From Octopus sinensis (Eukaryota), in contig NC_043006.1 in the NCBI RefSeq assembly GCF_006345805.1, forward strand, positions 100,502,001-100,566,000: 64,000 nt of DNA, in the 5' to 3' direction. The stretch's first letter is position 1; each line of letters opens with the position of its first letter. Made by a program: the position numbers and the translations under genes. The notes under the pieces were generated by a model. That model did no database searches. It was not told the origin of the DNA and saw only the letters and a program-made list of their open reading frames with translations. This document shows, in pieces, positions 12,616 through 25,246 of the stretch.

Positions 12616-12703
12616 ACAGACACGACAGAGTTGGGACCAACATACATTGGAAGCTATGCCAACACTATGGAATAACAACAGAAAAAAGATGGTATAAGCA
12701 TGC
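12616..12703 (+). mobile_element. R4/Dong-type ORF fragment (post-CCHC region)
   Basis: Reads RHDRVGTNIHWKLCQHYGITTEKRWYKH, the RH(D/N)...IHWxLC...WYxH motif of this clade. Confidence 0.7.
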
Positions 12704-13009
12704 GCTTATTTGGGGGAGGACGGTGCAAGTTGATTACACCGATCCCAGTCCTCAACTTGGACTTGTTTTATTGAGCCCGAAAGGAGGAACGAAAAAATCG
12801 GCCGGCACAAAAACTGAAAACGTTTAGTCGGGAGAAATGTTGCAGTTCATTTTCTTCCGGCATGGTATGGATCCTGACATGTCGCCGCTTTAATATTGGT
12901 TCCATATTTTGACACAAGGCCTGCAGTTTCGGATTAGTGTGTAAGTAGATTACCACGATCTCAGTGCTCAACTTATTGAATCATAGAACATGGGTCGGGA
13001 AAATACAAA

Positions 13010-13560
13010 CAGTAGAAACGATAACAAAACAAATTTTAACAATAAAAATTCCCCCAAAAGTGGGAGACTTCTTAGGGATACTTGTGGAGATCCCCGCAAA
13101 ACAGCAGCCCCTGACCACTGAGACAAGTGCCTTTTCCACATCGAACTCCTTCAATCCAAAGGTGTATGCTTAAAGTAAACCTGTTTACTCGGACCATTCT
13201 TGCAACATTCGCCCACCTTGTAACATAATTGCTGGGAGACGACACGTCGCCCACTACCCTCACATTCTTTCTCCTGTGAAATTCAGCCCTTTCAATTTAA
13301 TCCACCTTACACCCTTTTTTCGCTAAGGGCACCAGACAAAGAAACACTGCCTGCCCTTCCTAGCCAACAGAAGGCGGTGAGCCGATCTTACCTATGGATT
13401 TTGCCAAGAGCCGGATTCATCCTACAAGTAACCGTAACAGCAGGTGTTCAACAAAACCTCACAAATCAGCAATACCTGTGCACTGGACAAGAGTGGGCAG
13501 AACAGCTTCGCCGCTCTTCCTGCATCCTGGGAAAGCCAAACATAATGATGATATTTCTTT
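13010..13560 (-). mobile_element. Tx1/L1-type LINE, degenerate ORF2 C-terminus
   Basis: Minus-strand pieces GEAVLPTLVQCTGIADL, QAVFLCLV, VRWIKLKGLN and RWANVARMVRVN; homologous to 43460-44210. Confidence 0.55.
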
Positions 13561-14059
13561 CTGTAATCTAGATTCGAACTTCCCGCTAATTTCATTACTT
13601 GGAGAAAAGTGTGGTGTGCATGTTAACATCACTGTTGTTGCTATTGTTGTTATGATGATTGTTTCGATCAAATTGTTAGGAATAATGTTATTTACTGTTA
13701 GAAAGTTATCTTTACCTCAAAAACTTTTCTTTTTTTCTTATGGAGATATAAATATAGTCTATCGAGTTATTGAATTTTTTTTAGCTGTTTACAGTCTGTC
13801 AAATCTTTTGTCTTTTGAAATTTGTGGGTGCCTCTTCGGATACTATTGCCGTTTTGTAAGTATATGAAAGAGAGGTGAATTTTTCTTCGTAAATTAGTCT
13901 TTCCTTCCCCAAGCTGGTAGAAATAATGCAAACAATTAAGTTACTACATTTCTATGTAAAGTTTCAACATTAAAAACATTTTTCTACGTAATTTCACTTG
14001 GCAAAATTCCACGGTAATTGGAAAGCGAGACAAAACATCAGACTCTCCCAAACGATAAC

Positions 14060-14440
14060 AATGGCAACAACAATAATGATAATAGTAATAATAATAATGA
14101 TGATGATGATGATCATCATCATCATCATTATCATCATCATCATAATAATAATAATAATAGTAATTCTTTCTACTATGGCACAAGGCTTGAAGTTTTGAAG
14201 GAGTACACAGCTAGTGCTTGATTTATCGTTGCCGAAGAAAGGCAAAGTCGACCACGGCGTAATTAGAACATAAAAATCTGAAATTTTGGACCCCAGTGAT
14301 CGATTTGTATTTATTTTATCGACCCAAGAGGATAAAAGGCAAAGGGAAACTCGGTGGAATTTGAATTCGGAGCAATAATAATAACAACAACAACAACAAC
14401 AACAACAACAGCAACAAAAATAATGATAATAACCATTGTA
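14060..14440. repeat. Compound (AAT)/(GAT)/(CAT)/(CAA) microsatellites enclosing two degenerate minus-strand SINE B copies (about 14165-14370)
   Basis: Direct reading; TTCTACTATGGCACAAGGC and GGTGGAATTTGAA motifs are present. Confidence 0.7.
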
Positions 14441-15560
14441 TCTCAGAAATATCTAACTCAGAGCCAAGGAAAACTGGTACAAATAGCCACATAGCATGAA
14501 CAAATAAGTCTGTATTCTGTCATTAAGAAAGCCGAAAGATACAAGAAAGAGGTCATAGTACCAAAAATAGTTGATCGATGACTCCACAGAATAATTCATA
14601 TAAAAATCTATGAGAGAAAATTTTTTAAAAATCATGCCAAACGAAGGATAATTCCCTGAAAGTGGTAAAGCCTCCTAGCTCACCCTCTCTAATGTACAGG
14701 CGCATGCTGAGAGCAAACCGTTCACACGAACCATGGTCGCTATGTTAATCTTTTTTTCGACAAATTTGCCAAGTGGCGGTACTTCATCCTCTCTACTTAC
14801 ATTACTTTTGAATTGAAACATTCTTTACTATTGAAACATGAAATTAAGACTTAACAAAGTTGATGAAAGCGAGACCAAACAGGAAGGTATCTGTCTTCAG
14901 CCATTTCAATCTTACGATTCACTTAACCTCTTGCGCCAAATCCACAAGACAGATAAAGTCTGAGTGATCTTCTCGGTCAAATAATGACAACGGGATAGCC
15001 GCTTTAGCCGGATCCATCCAAGACGTAAAAGTAGTTGGTCGAAATCATTCTACAGGTTGACAATGTTTGGCGAATGGACGAAAGCGAGCCGAATGGTTTC
15101 GTTGCCTTGTGCATATCTCAAACAATCTCAACACCACATCTTGGACAATCCAACCTCTTCCATGTTTGTAGAGTTTAGCCCTAAGGGACACCACTACCAG
15201 TTACGCTTTCAGGCCAATGATCTTTGGATATTTTAGATGAACCTCAGCTCGAGAGCTACCCGGTGAAGACACACCAATATTTTGCCCGAGAACAGTCCAG
15301 GATCAAATGAAAAACCAGACAGTTCCCTACGTATCTGAAATAATATCAAGTGCCCACAGCTATAAGGCTTTGAGCATTTGATATTATTCCAGATGCCTAG
15401 CGATTTGTCTGGCTTTTCACTTGATCCTGGACAGCAGCTCTGTGAGAATGATGAGCTGTGGAAAAACACCCATTTGGTCAACAGCTAAAATATCACAAGA
15501 AGTCGCTGGATGTGTCACATGTCTGATCATCATTATCTAGATATGGCAAGTTCTCTTCAG

Positions 15561-15740
15561 ATAAGGTGTGTTGTGAGCAAATGAAAAGCCCAGTAAGGGG
15601 GAATATGTTACAAAAAGCAGAAGAGTAGAACTTCTAGTCCCGTTAGACGCGAAATGGGTCAAGAAAACAGACGTGATACATGCATTCGTTACTTCTGTCC
15701 GACCTGTAAGATATGGTCTTGGTCTTTTTCTTGGTGTGAC
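15561..15740 (+). mobile_element. Possible piggyBac-type transposase C-terminal Cys-rich relic
   Basis: RCVVSK (15564) ... RRDTCIRYFCPTC (15669-15707), then after a frame change YGLGLFLG. This resembles RCxVC...RxETRYxCxxC...GLC. No catalytic core or TIRs identified. Confidence 0.35.
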
Positions 15741-17154
15741 TGATTCCCCTGTTCTTCACCTCATCCAGATTCTGATACGCACCCCAAATAATTTAATTAG
15801 TCCGTCCAGCCACTGCAACAGGACATTAATGGTCAGTATACACCTACCGCACCAGGTGTAGAGCTACTACAGACCCACTGACTACCGGTGCCTATCATCA
15901 ACTTTTATATATGTGAAATCCCAAACGACAACGCTAGCTACAAACTAGGTCAATAATATTTGCTGAGGACCATAAACTTATTATTTACTGGTAGAATATA
16001 GCCTGTATTTTCTGACCTACGCGCGTCATTCCTATTTGTAGGTGTAATATTTATACGGTGGCCTCATGACATGAGTTTCACGCACAAGATATGCGGAATA
16101 AAGTTATTAAATAAGAAATGTGATTTCGCATTGTCGCTTTATTCCTTAATTCTCGCAGAAATACTGGAAGAAAACTACAGACCTCTTCTGTGTCGCTTAT
16201 TTTATAGCAGAAATCAGAACCACCTAGATCCTTGCAACAAAAGTACAGTATGCAAACATGAACGGTCTATTTGCTTATACGCTACTAATCACAAAGTGGA
16301 TGGCAGATGCGCTTGCTACTGCATCTCAGCAATTTCATCACAAGATAATACAAAAAACTGTTTTCAAACCAAATTCTGTTTTATTTTAATGGACATCCAT
16401 AGTTTATCAAGGGAATGCTTGGATGGTGACATAAATAACTATGGACGCTCTATGTTAATACATGAAGTATATATTGGAGTTGATGAAAGTAATCTGGAAA
16501 CTGTAAAAGACATTATGGAAACTAGCTGTACGATATCGAACGACGAATATATTATAACATAGCTTCAAAAGAGGATTTGAAACGTAAACACGACATATAC
16601 ATGACTGCACTTATGTCTATAAATCTCTCACTCTGATTCTACCGGAATCATGTGGTGAAACTACAGAGCAATTGTCCCATCCAATATTTTGTGCTGCCGA
16701 AAATTTGACACCTGTACAGATGCCAAGTATTGAAATCTCGTTTTCTCAATCTGTACTTAAAGAAATACACGATTCCAAACACTAAGACACAAGAACGTGC
16801 AGGATTGTGAAGTGGGTGGAAGAAGAGGAATCATAAGAAATAGACATTTATTACCCCTATGTCATATGAAAGACTACACAAGCAGATCCTGTCCTCATGA
16901 TTAATTTGCAAGGCAACGGAAACGTTGATGAAAGCACCGAGCTATATATATGAGATCTGAAAATACAGTCTTAAGAGGGTATTTTCTTTTAATGGACATC
17001 TATAGTTTATCGACAGAATAAGTGGAGAGTAGCAGTTAAATAAATATGGAAGTGGTTACGCTCCCAGCGATTGCCAGTGGGATAGAGACAGAGGGAAGAA
17101 AATCTAGGTACCTATATGTGTATGTCTAGAGACCCAACTGCCTAAGAAATATAC

Positions 17155-17330
<176 letters not shown>

Positions 17331-17333
17331 ATA

Positions 17334-17980
17334 GGCGCGCAGGACTGGCTGTGCGGCAAGAAGTTTTTTCCCCCAACCACATGTTTCCGTATTCAGTCCC
17401 ACAGCGTGGCACCTCGGGCAAGTATCTTCTACTATAGTCTCGGGCTGATAAAACTTACTTGGAACTGGATGCGTGGCGTTCAATGAAATAATAATATATG
17501 CATATACATACACACACATATGTATATACATACATATGTACGTATATAGGTATGCATATATGGGTACAGGACGTCACAAAACGTAAACAACATGAAATAC
17601 GAAAATATTGCTGGGTACGCAAAGAACGAGAGAAACAATGGAAAGCAATACAAGTAGTATAAAAAAACAACCCTTCATCAGTTGTCGGCTGTCAGTCTCC
17701 TTATTTCGAGCAATGAACGACATGATATATGTGTGTGTGGGTTGGTGTGTGTGTGCGTGTGTGTGTGTGAGTGTGTATCTATGCATTTGTGTGTCTGTGT
17801 CTGTAATCTCACCATCGCTTGACAACCGATATTGGTGTGTTTACGTCCCCGTAATTACAGACGGATACAGTAAGTACTAGGCTTACACAGAATAAGTCCT
17901 GGGGTCGATTTGTTCGACTAGAGGGGCTGCTCAAGGATGGCTGCTGTCAAATGGTTGAAACAACTAAAGAAATAAAAGAA
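17334..17980 (+). mobile_element. SINE family A: head (17334-17450) and 3' half (about 17780-17980) separated by microsatellite and unrelated sequence
   Basis: GGCTGTGCGGCAAGAAG...CCAACCACATG...TTCAGTCCCACAGCGTGGCACCTCGGGCAAGT head; TTGACAACCGATATTGGTGTGTTTACGTCCCCG body. Confidence 0.75.
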
Positions 17981-18974
17981 TATATATATATTGACAGATA
18001 GATATCCAAAGAGGGAGAGAGAGAGAGAGAGGGAGGGAGAGAGAGAGAGAGGGAGAGAGAGAGAGAGAGTTGAAAGAATGAAAGTGACACTGAGATGGAT
18101 ATAGTGGATATTTAAAACTCTAATAACGAAATAGCTAATATCTTTCCAGCAATTTCTTCTTGAAGCCATGGAAAAATAATTTATTTCAATCAATTTTTCT
18201 GTTAGTATATCTACATCTCTTCTATCCTGTGACTGGTTATTTCTTTCAACCGAAGGATTTATCCTGTTGGCAGCAGCCGATCTTTATGAAATGAATCTAC
18301 ATAATATTGCGTAAGACATCAGAAGAACCTAATTTTAAATACACTCTAACAAAATTGCAGCTTTTCTTTCCTATAAATGTTGTTTTTGACAAAAGAAAAA
18401 TGAAAATTACATGGTAAAATCATTTCCAATTTTACAGCTAAGTGGAAAGCTTTTCCTGTCATATAAAATGGCGGTCATAATATGAACATGGTAAGCAGCT
18501 CTGTTTTATTGCTATGCTTCAGGGTCAATAGTTATATGTTATGTCTATAACGCTTTAGACAAAATTACACTGAACTGACCAGTGGTGCGTACATATATAT
18601 TTTTTTTCCGGTAGAACATACAAAGAAGGAATCATGGGTATTCTAACTGAACATATGAATTTACAACCTGTTTGTAATGTTACTTTGACTTATAGCTACT
18701 TTTGTTTGTGTATATATACTGTATATATGTTTGTGTGTGCGTCTATGTTGTATGCGTGCGTGTGTATGTTTGTCTAAGCGTGCTTCTGTGTGAATATGAA
18801 ATTATGTGTGAGCATGTTAGCATATACGAAATTGTTTATGAAATACATGTAAGATGGACTAATGGTTTTAATACGATCGCCGTCTCTTCCATACCTGTGT
18901 GTGTGTGGACAGCAATGAAGCTCTACACTATAAACACAGACACACACAAATATTAGGATATAAATACACGCACT

Positions 18975-18981
18975 CGCGTAT

Positions 18982-19016
<35 letters not shown>

Positions 19017-19065
19017 ATATATATATATATATGTACGTATATACGTATTTATATATGTATATATA

Positions 19066-19103
<38 letters not shown>

Positions 19104-19124
19104 GTATATACGTATATGTATACG

Positions 19125-19198
<74 letters not shown>

Positions 19199-19275
19199 AT
19201 GTACGTATATACGTGTATATATATATATATATATTATATATATATATATACATGTGTGGGTATGTATGTATGTAC
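18975..19275. repeat. (CA)n/(TA)n compound microsatellite with TACG interruptions
   Basis: Direct reading. Confidence 0.95.
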
Positions 19276-21639
19276 ATACAAGCAAAATTTCGCTTATATA
19301 TTACGTATTTCAGAATGTTTTTCTCTAACATATTCTGTCTGTGAATAACGCAATACTCTCTTTATTTTTATGACCTGACTGCAGAGCTCTGAAAGTGTTC
19401 CTGGAAGACCAATTCATTCAACAAAAATCTATCTCTCTGTTGGTTGAAATATCAAAGCGAAATCAAATTGAATTGCATTTCAATGGATAAAAAGAGCGGG
19501 GAGGCATAAAAGTAAACACCTATGACACAAAATAAATAAAAGAAAGAAATTAGTTAAACAAGAAATAGTCTACACATCCTTTACATTCTTTCTAACAAAA
19601 ACCAAATAAATTTATCAGCTGAAACTGGAATAATTTTAAACAGGTGATGATATTTTTCCAACAAATCGCTTGCTTATTCAAGTGCGTAACAATTTATAAA
19701 TTTGTTCAGTTGAAAAGAACGAAATTTTTCTGAAAATAACGTGACATCTTCCACTCTTTTTCGCTTTCCTTTAAAAATCTGTGTGAAATGTAATGGAAAT
19801 GAGAGACAGAAAGATAGAGATTACAGAGCCTGACACACAGCTTTGTAGTTACCAAACGTTATTAACATTGTTCTCATTGGCAGTGTTGCTGTTATTGTTA
19901 CAATCTTGGATGGTAGCGCAATTGGTAGAGTCGATTCGGATACGTTGTGTTCGTAGATATTTGTCTCTTAACTGCTTTAGTTAAATTGCATTTTGTTGTT
20001 TCAGTGTCGATACATTAAATGTGAATTGACCTTTTGGTTTCGGCTTAATTGCCTGTGGACTCTCACTCTAGATATCACTTTGGAAGGTAAAGGATATTTC
20101 TTTCGTTATTTGTGCTGTTACTGTAGTTTGTTGTTTGTTGACTGCAGTGCAGGATATCTTATATGAGTAGCATTTATTTTATTGGGTGATGATTACTTAA
20201 TACATTTTTCTTTTCGTCTTTTCTTTTGTCTTGTGAGTTATTATATGTGGTGTAGATATTAAATAATGGTTGCATAGGGGAATGGTTCTCACCTTGCATG
20301 ATAGAGTCTCTCTGGTGGATCTGTGAGCTCACAAGGAACCAGGGAATGTGAAGAGATGCCAGGAAGGACGATGTATGTTTATATGTCTCAGGAAGTAGTT
20401 GAGTCAAGTATAATATTCGTATTTTAAGCACATTCTGTTTTATTATCAAATATATGTGCTTGATTTGTTAACACCAGTAATAAAACTACTTGAAACTATA
20501 ATTTTGCTTCTTGCAGTTTTCTGTTCACGTCCACTAACAATATATATCCAAATATAACTACTTTCTGCAGGTCCTAGTATTCTTTAGGAATTTCAGTAAA
20601 ATTTCAACAAGGCGGCGGGACATCACTATTTCACATAGATACTTAAATAGACCAGACTCTGAATGGTGTAACGGAATACTAATAATAGGCCACTGCAAAA
20701 CATTAGCTTCTGTTAGATTAAAAACAATGTCAAGCAACCAACCTAGGAAATATCAAGAAATATAATTACCTAGGAAAAGAGAAAATTTGCAAACATTTCT
20801 ATTGAACAAACAGTAAAATACTATATGAAGTTGATAACATCATTCACTAGAACAATAACAACACCGACCCCACATGTTATAAGAACAACCTCAAATAACA
20901 TGCCTTCACCCTCAAATCTAAGCATATGATTTTATTGGACATTTTCGAATCACCAAAACTACACAATCTAGACAAAATCATTGAAACGATTTTGGTACGA
21001 TTCACCTACATCGTTTTATATTTTAGTAAAGTATGAAGAGGGGACCTCTATGAAACCTCATTCAATGAAATTGGTTCCAAGCTACAGAATGTTGACAACA
21101 TCTGGCGTAGAGGCTGCATTGTATAAGCTGTGTAATACTATCAAGTGGAAAACTTATGGGATATATTCAGTTTTATTTTGGGATTGTGATAGGGAACAAT
21201 GGTGCTGTGCCTTTTTCACTGTTGGTGTGTAGCTCTAGAACATCTCTGATCGAGCACACAGGGATTCCGGACTGAATTCCGGGTTTATCATTCATACGTC
21301 TAGCCAAGAACCAAGCTTCCCCGCATGACACAGTGATGGAATATGTTGAAGCAGTGTTACGCCCGGACACTTATTTCTTCACTGTTGACTTTATTTCTGT
21401 TCGCCTATTGTTCCTACACATGACAACTACGTGCAGTGGGTGGATTTGATCAGAAATGTAAATTCAGCCAGTTCCCGATTTGGTCTTTGAAACAGACCAA
21501 AATCATGTCCTAGATGAAGTGTACGCAAATATATTCTGTCTAATTATGGTTGTTTTCATGATGTATTTTCAGTTAATGTCCGATACACTTATGTTCTTAA
21601 TTTTAGCGCGAGGGTACTTTATTGGAGATATGTAACGTG

Positions 21640-21845
21640 GTTAAGGTGGTGACATGGCAGAATCGTTAGCAAAGCGGAAGAATATTTAGCGGCGTTTCGT
21701 CTGAGTTCAAAGTTTGCCTGCGTCAACTTTACGTTTCGTCTTTTCCGGGTCGATAAAATAATCATTAGTTGAGCATTGGAGTCGATGTGATCGACTATTC
21801 TAACCCCCGAAATTGCTAGCCTCGTGCTGAAGTTTAAAACCAATA
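21640..21845 (+). mobile_element. SINE family B, degenerate
   Basis: GGTGGTGACATGGCAGAATCGTTAGC...CTGAGTTCAAA...GGGTCGATAAAATA...GGAGTCGATGTGATCGAC. Confidence 0.75.
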
Positions 21846-22027
21846 CGAGCTCGTTGTTGTTGTTATGGATATTAACGTTAAATAATTTATGTAGTATTTA
21901 CTGTTTGTTCAAATAACACGTTCCACAAGTTTTCTGTTCCTCTATGCTGTTTCCCAAATATGTATATATATGTATACGTATATATATATATATTATATAT
22001 ATATATATATATATACATATATATATT

Positions 22028-22062
<35 letters not shown>

Positions 22063-22459
22063 GTGTGTGTGTACTTGGCTATTTTGTTTCCAACCTTAGT
22101 GGTTTGATGCTGTGTTTAACTCTTGCTCTGTTTAGCATTGGCTTATTGTGCTTGAGGTTATCCTTAGCTTCCATTATGTCTTTATTTCTGATTCGTAATT
22201 AGTGTTCGATTGTTCTTTTATAATTTTCGTCAATGTTTGAACTCCAGCATCTTTGTCGGTGATTGGAGTGTTGTTCAATTTTGTGAACCCCGTTTTGCAT
22301 TTCTGATGGAAATGGTTCTACTGAATTCTTTGAAGTTTGTAAAACTTTTAGTAGAATCTTTTCAGTTCGTTTTGCCTCACAAATGGTTGTTACATCATTG
22401 ATACACAGAGAACTATTTTACAATCGCTATTTGGAATTTGTAAACCACATTGGCATCAT

Positions 22460-22790
22460 CGGAAAAATTATCAATGGAGTAACGTTCCTGGAAAGGGTGC
22501 GTAGTTCGGAGAACAGGGTATCTCCTCAGGTCGAGCCGCTACTTCTCGGCATAGAGAGGCCAGACCACGGATACTGTGGACGTTAATTAGAATGTCACTG
22601 GAAAGAATGGTAAGACAAATGCTACAAGCCGAGCCAGAGGCAAGAGACCTAAATGTGGGCCAAGAACGAGATGGTTGTATAACATACAGAGTCTCTGTTA
22701 ATGTCGTTCGAGAATCCAGCTCAAACCTCAAATGGCAGATGCTTCTGCTGCAGGTTTCCGAATACACCCTCACCACAATCTTCCAAACAA
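22460..22790 (+). mobile_element. RTE-clade LINE, degenerate C-terminal fragment
   Basis: GVTFLERVRSSENR, VEPLLLGIER, IRMSLERMVRQMLQA and, across a frameshift, KRPKCGPRTRWLYNI. These match the RTE C-terminal pattern RxRxxxIR...RMxxxR...GxRxRGRPRxRW. Confidence 0.7.
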
Positions 22791-23127
22791 TAGTGGGCGG
22801 AAAAGATGAAGTCTAGGTTGAACAGCAACAAAATCCCTGAGACGTTTCCCTAAAAAGGTTTCCGGTCGTGATTATAGAACTCGTTTCATAATAAAGTTCT
22901 AAACAATAGCTGTTGAATCCTATCACATTTGTGGAATTCTATACAGCTCATACTATCTGTAGAATACAACAGGAGTGAGCATATGCATGTGTTTACGAAT
23001 GCTTCGTATAGTAGAGACAGCAGTAAGTTAATGAAGTTGATTTCGTAATTTCTGTTCTCTTGTCATCCGCTTAATTTTATAAATTGCTTGTAAGGACATT
23101 CATTTTCTTTTTTTTGTAACTACGATA

Positions 23128-24301
23128 TACGAGAGAGTACCCAAAAGTAACCGGAAACGTTCTCTGTGGGACATGCCCGTAATAGTTCGAGCTTCCGCTG
23201 CTAGACGCCACTTGATGCGACACTCAGGCATCAGTCTGCCGACTGGTGTCGTCGGTTACAATCGTAATACCATGTGGTGCGTCTTTTTTTTTTTGCAGTG
23301 CTTCTTCCCGGTTCGACGAATTTTGCGATGACTAAAACGAATGAACAGCGTGCGTCTGTGAAATTCTGTTTTCTGTTGAGGAAAACGGCGACTGAAACAG
23401 TTGTCATGCTTCAAACAGCTTACAAGGCCAATGCAGTGAGCAACACACAAGTTTACGAGTCTTCACACTTTAGGAATGATCCCTGGTCGCTTGAAGACCA
23501 GCTTCCTTAAGAGCGGCAGTCGACCTCCCGAACGAATGAAAACATCACGAAAATTCGTGAACTGGTCTTGGAATACCGTCGCCGAATAATTGACGAGCTT
23601 GTTGTTATAACTGGTGTGTCCTGGAGCTCCTGCATCGAATTTTGAGTGAGGAATTGCGAAAGAAAAGAGAGACAGCAAAGTTTGTGCTGATAACCAAAGC
23701 TGATGCTACGGTTGCGACCCGGAAACAAAGCTGTAATCAAGTCAATGGAAGCATTCAATGTCACGATGTCCCAAAGAAACGCGTCAAGTGAAATCCAATG
23801 TCAAGATGATGCTTGATGTGTAGTTTCAACGATGGGAAAGGAATTCTTCACTCATGATTTGTTACTTCTGGTGAAACTGCTAACCAGGCATTTTACTTGG
23901 CAATCCCAAAGCGATTGCGAGACGCAATGAGACAAAAGGCCTACGACCTGTGGCAATGTGGTGGATTTATCATGACAATGCGCCTGCACACACTGCATGT
24001 CCCTGCTTACCTACCCTCTATTTTTACCCGATCTTGCTCCTTTCGATTTTTTTGTTCCCCCGAATGAAAAAATCCTTAAAGGAAAACGTTTTGCAGATGT
24101 GGAAGAGGTGAACGAAAAAAAACGATGAATGCGTAAAAGGGCAAGCGTTCCAGAACTTCTTCGAATAGTGGAAAATGCGTCTAGACCGTTGCAGTGCTTG
24201 AAATGGAGAATACTCTGCAGGCGATAAAAGTGTAAACATGTGAAGCTAAGGGAATAAAATAATATTGCAAAATTCAGGTTTCTTTAGGTTACCTCCACGT
24301 A
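23128..24301 (+). mobile_element. Mariner transposon, near full-length relic (transposase pseudogene)
   Basis: TA at both ends with degenerate TIRs (TACGAGAGAGTACCCAAAAGTAACCGGAA / TTCAGGTTTCTTTAGGTTACCTCCACGTA). ATG at 23328 gives MTKTNEQRASVKFCFLL..TATET; HDNAPAH near 23971; PDLAPFDF..FPRMKK.LKGKRFADVEE near 24030-24110. Many frameshifts. Confidence 0.9.
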
Positions 24302-24855
24302 CAACCAAATCTTTCACAAGTCAATATTGTGCCTTACGTTTGTGTTAGCGTTGCGATATTCTGGATTTTAAGTGTATCGCTGCAAATTTTCTATGGAATT
24401 CAGAGCCTGCAGAGTGTCAGGGTTTATAAAGTACGACGTACCATATGCTAACTTTTATGCAAAGGCAATCGAAGACAGACAAACTGTTGATGGATGTCAA
24501 AAGTTATAGCTCTTTGATCAGCATCACCTCCAACCCGTCAGCTTTTCACGAACGCATTGCTTAAATACCCATTAAGTTTAGGAGAGTAGCACTATTGGAG
24601 ATAGGCCTATTTACTTATTAAACCCATTCCTGACAGCAATAAATATTTATTGCTAGCAAAGACACAGTATGTCACACAACATTTCGCTTTACGTTGGGTC
24701 TAGTGCTGAGGAAAACAGCAATAACTCTTGAAATATGCATACACATACATTACCTATATTTCTGTCTTCGATCGCATTGTTCACACAAACGTATTCGGAT
24801 ACAAAACATCGTAACTCCCAGTGCTGGATCTGAATTCTATTGAAAAACTGTAATG

Positions 24856-24874
24856 ATATATACATATACATATA

Positions 24875-24910
<36 letters not shown>

Positions 24911-24961
24911 TATGTATATATATATATATATATATATATGCATATATATATATATATATAG

Positions 24962-25024
<63 letters not shown>
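24856..25024. repeat. (TA)n microsatellite
   Basis: Direct reading. Confidence 0.95.
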
Positions 25025-25028
<4 letters not shown>

Positions 25029-25208
25029 TTAAAAATAGGATACAATCTTCATAAGAATTATCAAGTAGTTAGCGTGAAAAAACTCATAAGAGAATAAGAG
25101 TCCATCAATTTTTTCACTTAGATATATTTATTTATACTGTATAGAGGGTATTATTACACATAAATGCCACACGCTAGGAGGGACTCTTAAAGTCAAAACT
25201 ATGTTTAT

Positions 25209-25246
<38 letters not shown>

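Noticed and set aside
20005-20086. AG/GT-bounded micro-exon candidates (also about 6909-6978 and 63150-63181)
   Set aside because: Splice-like dinucleotides are frequent by chance in AT-rich DNA, and the peptides are unrecognisable.
20170-20450. Penelope RT-like relic on the minus strand
   Set aside because: The resemblance is vague, with no diagnostic motif.
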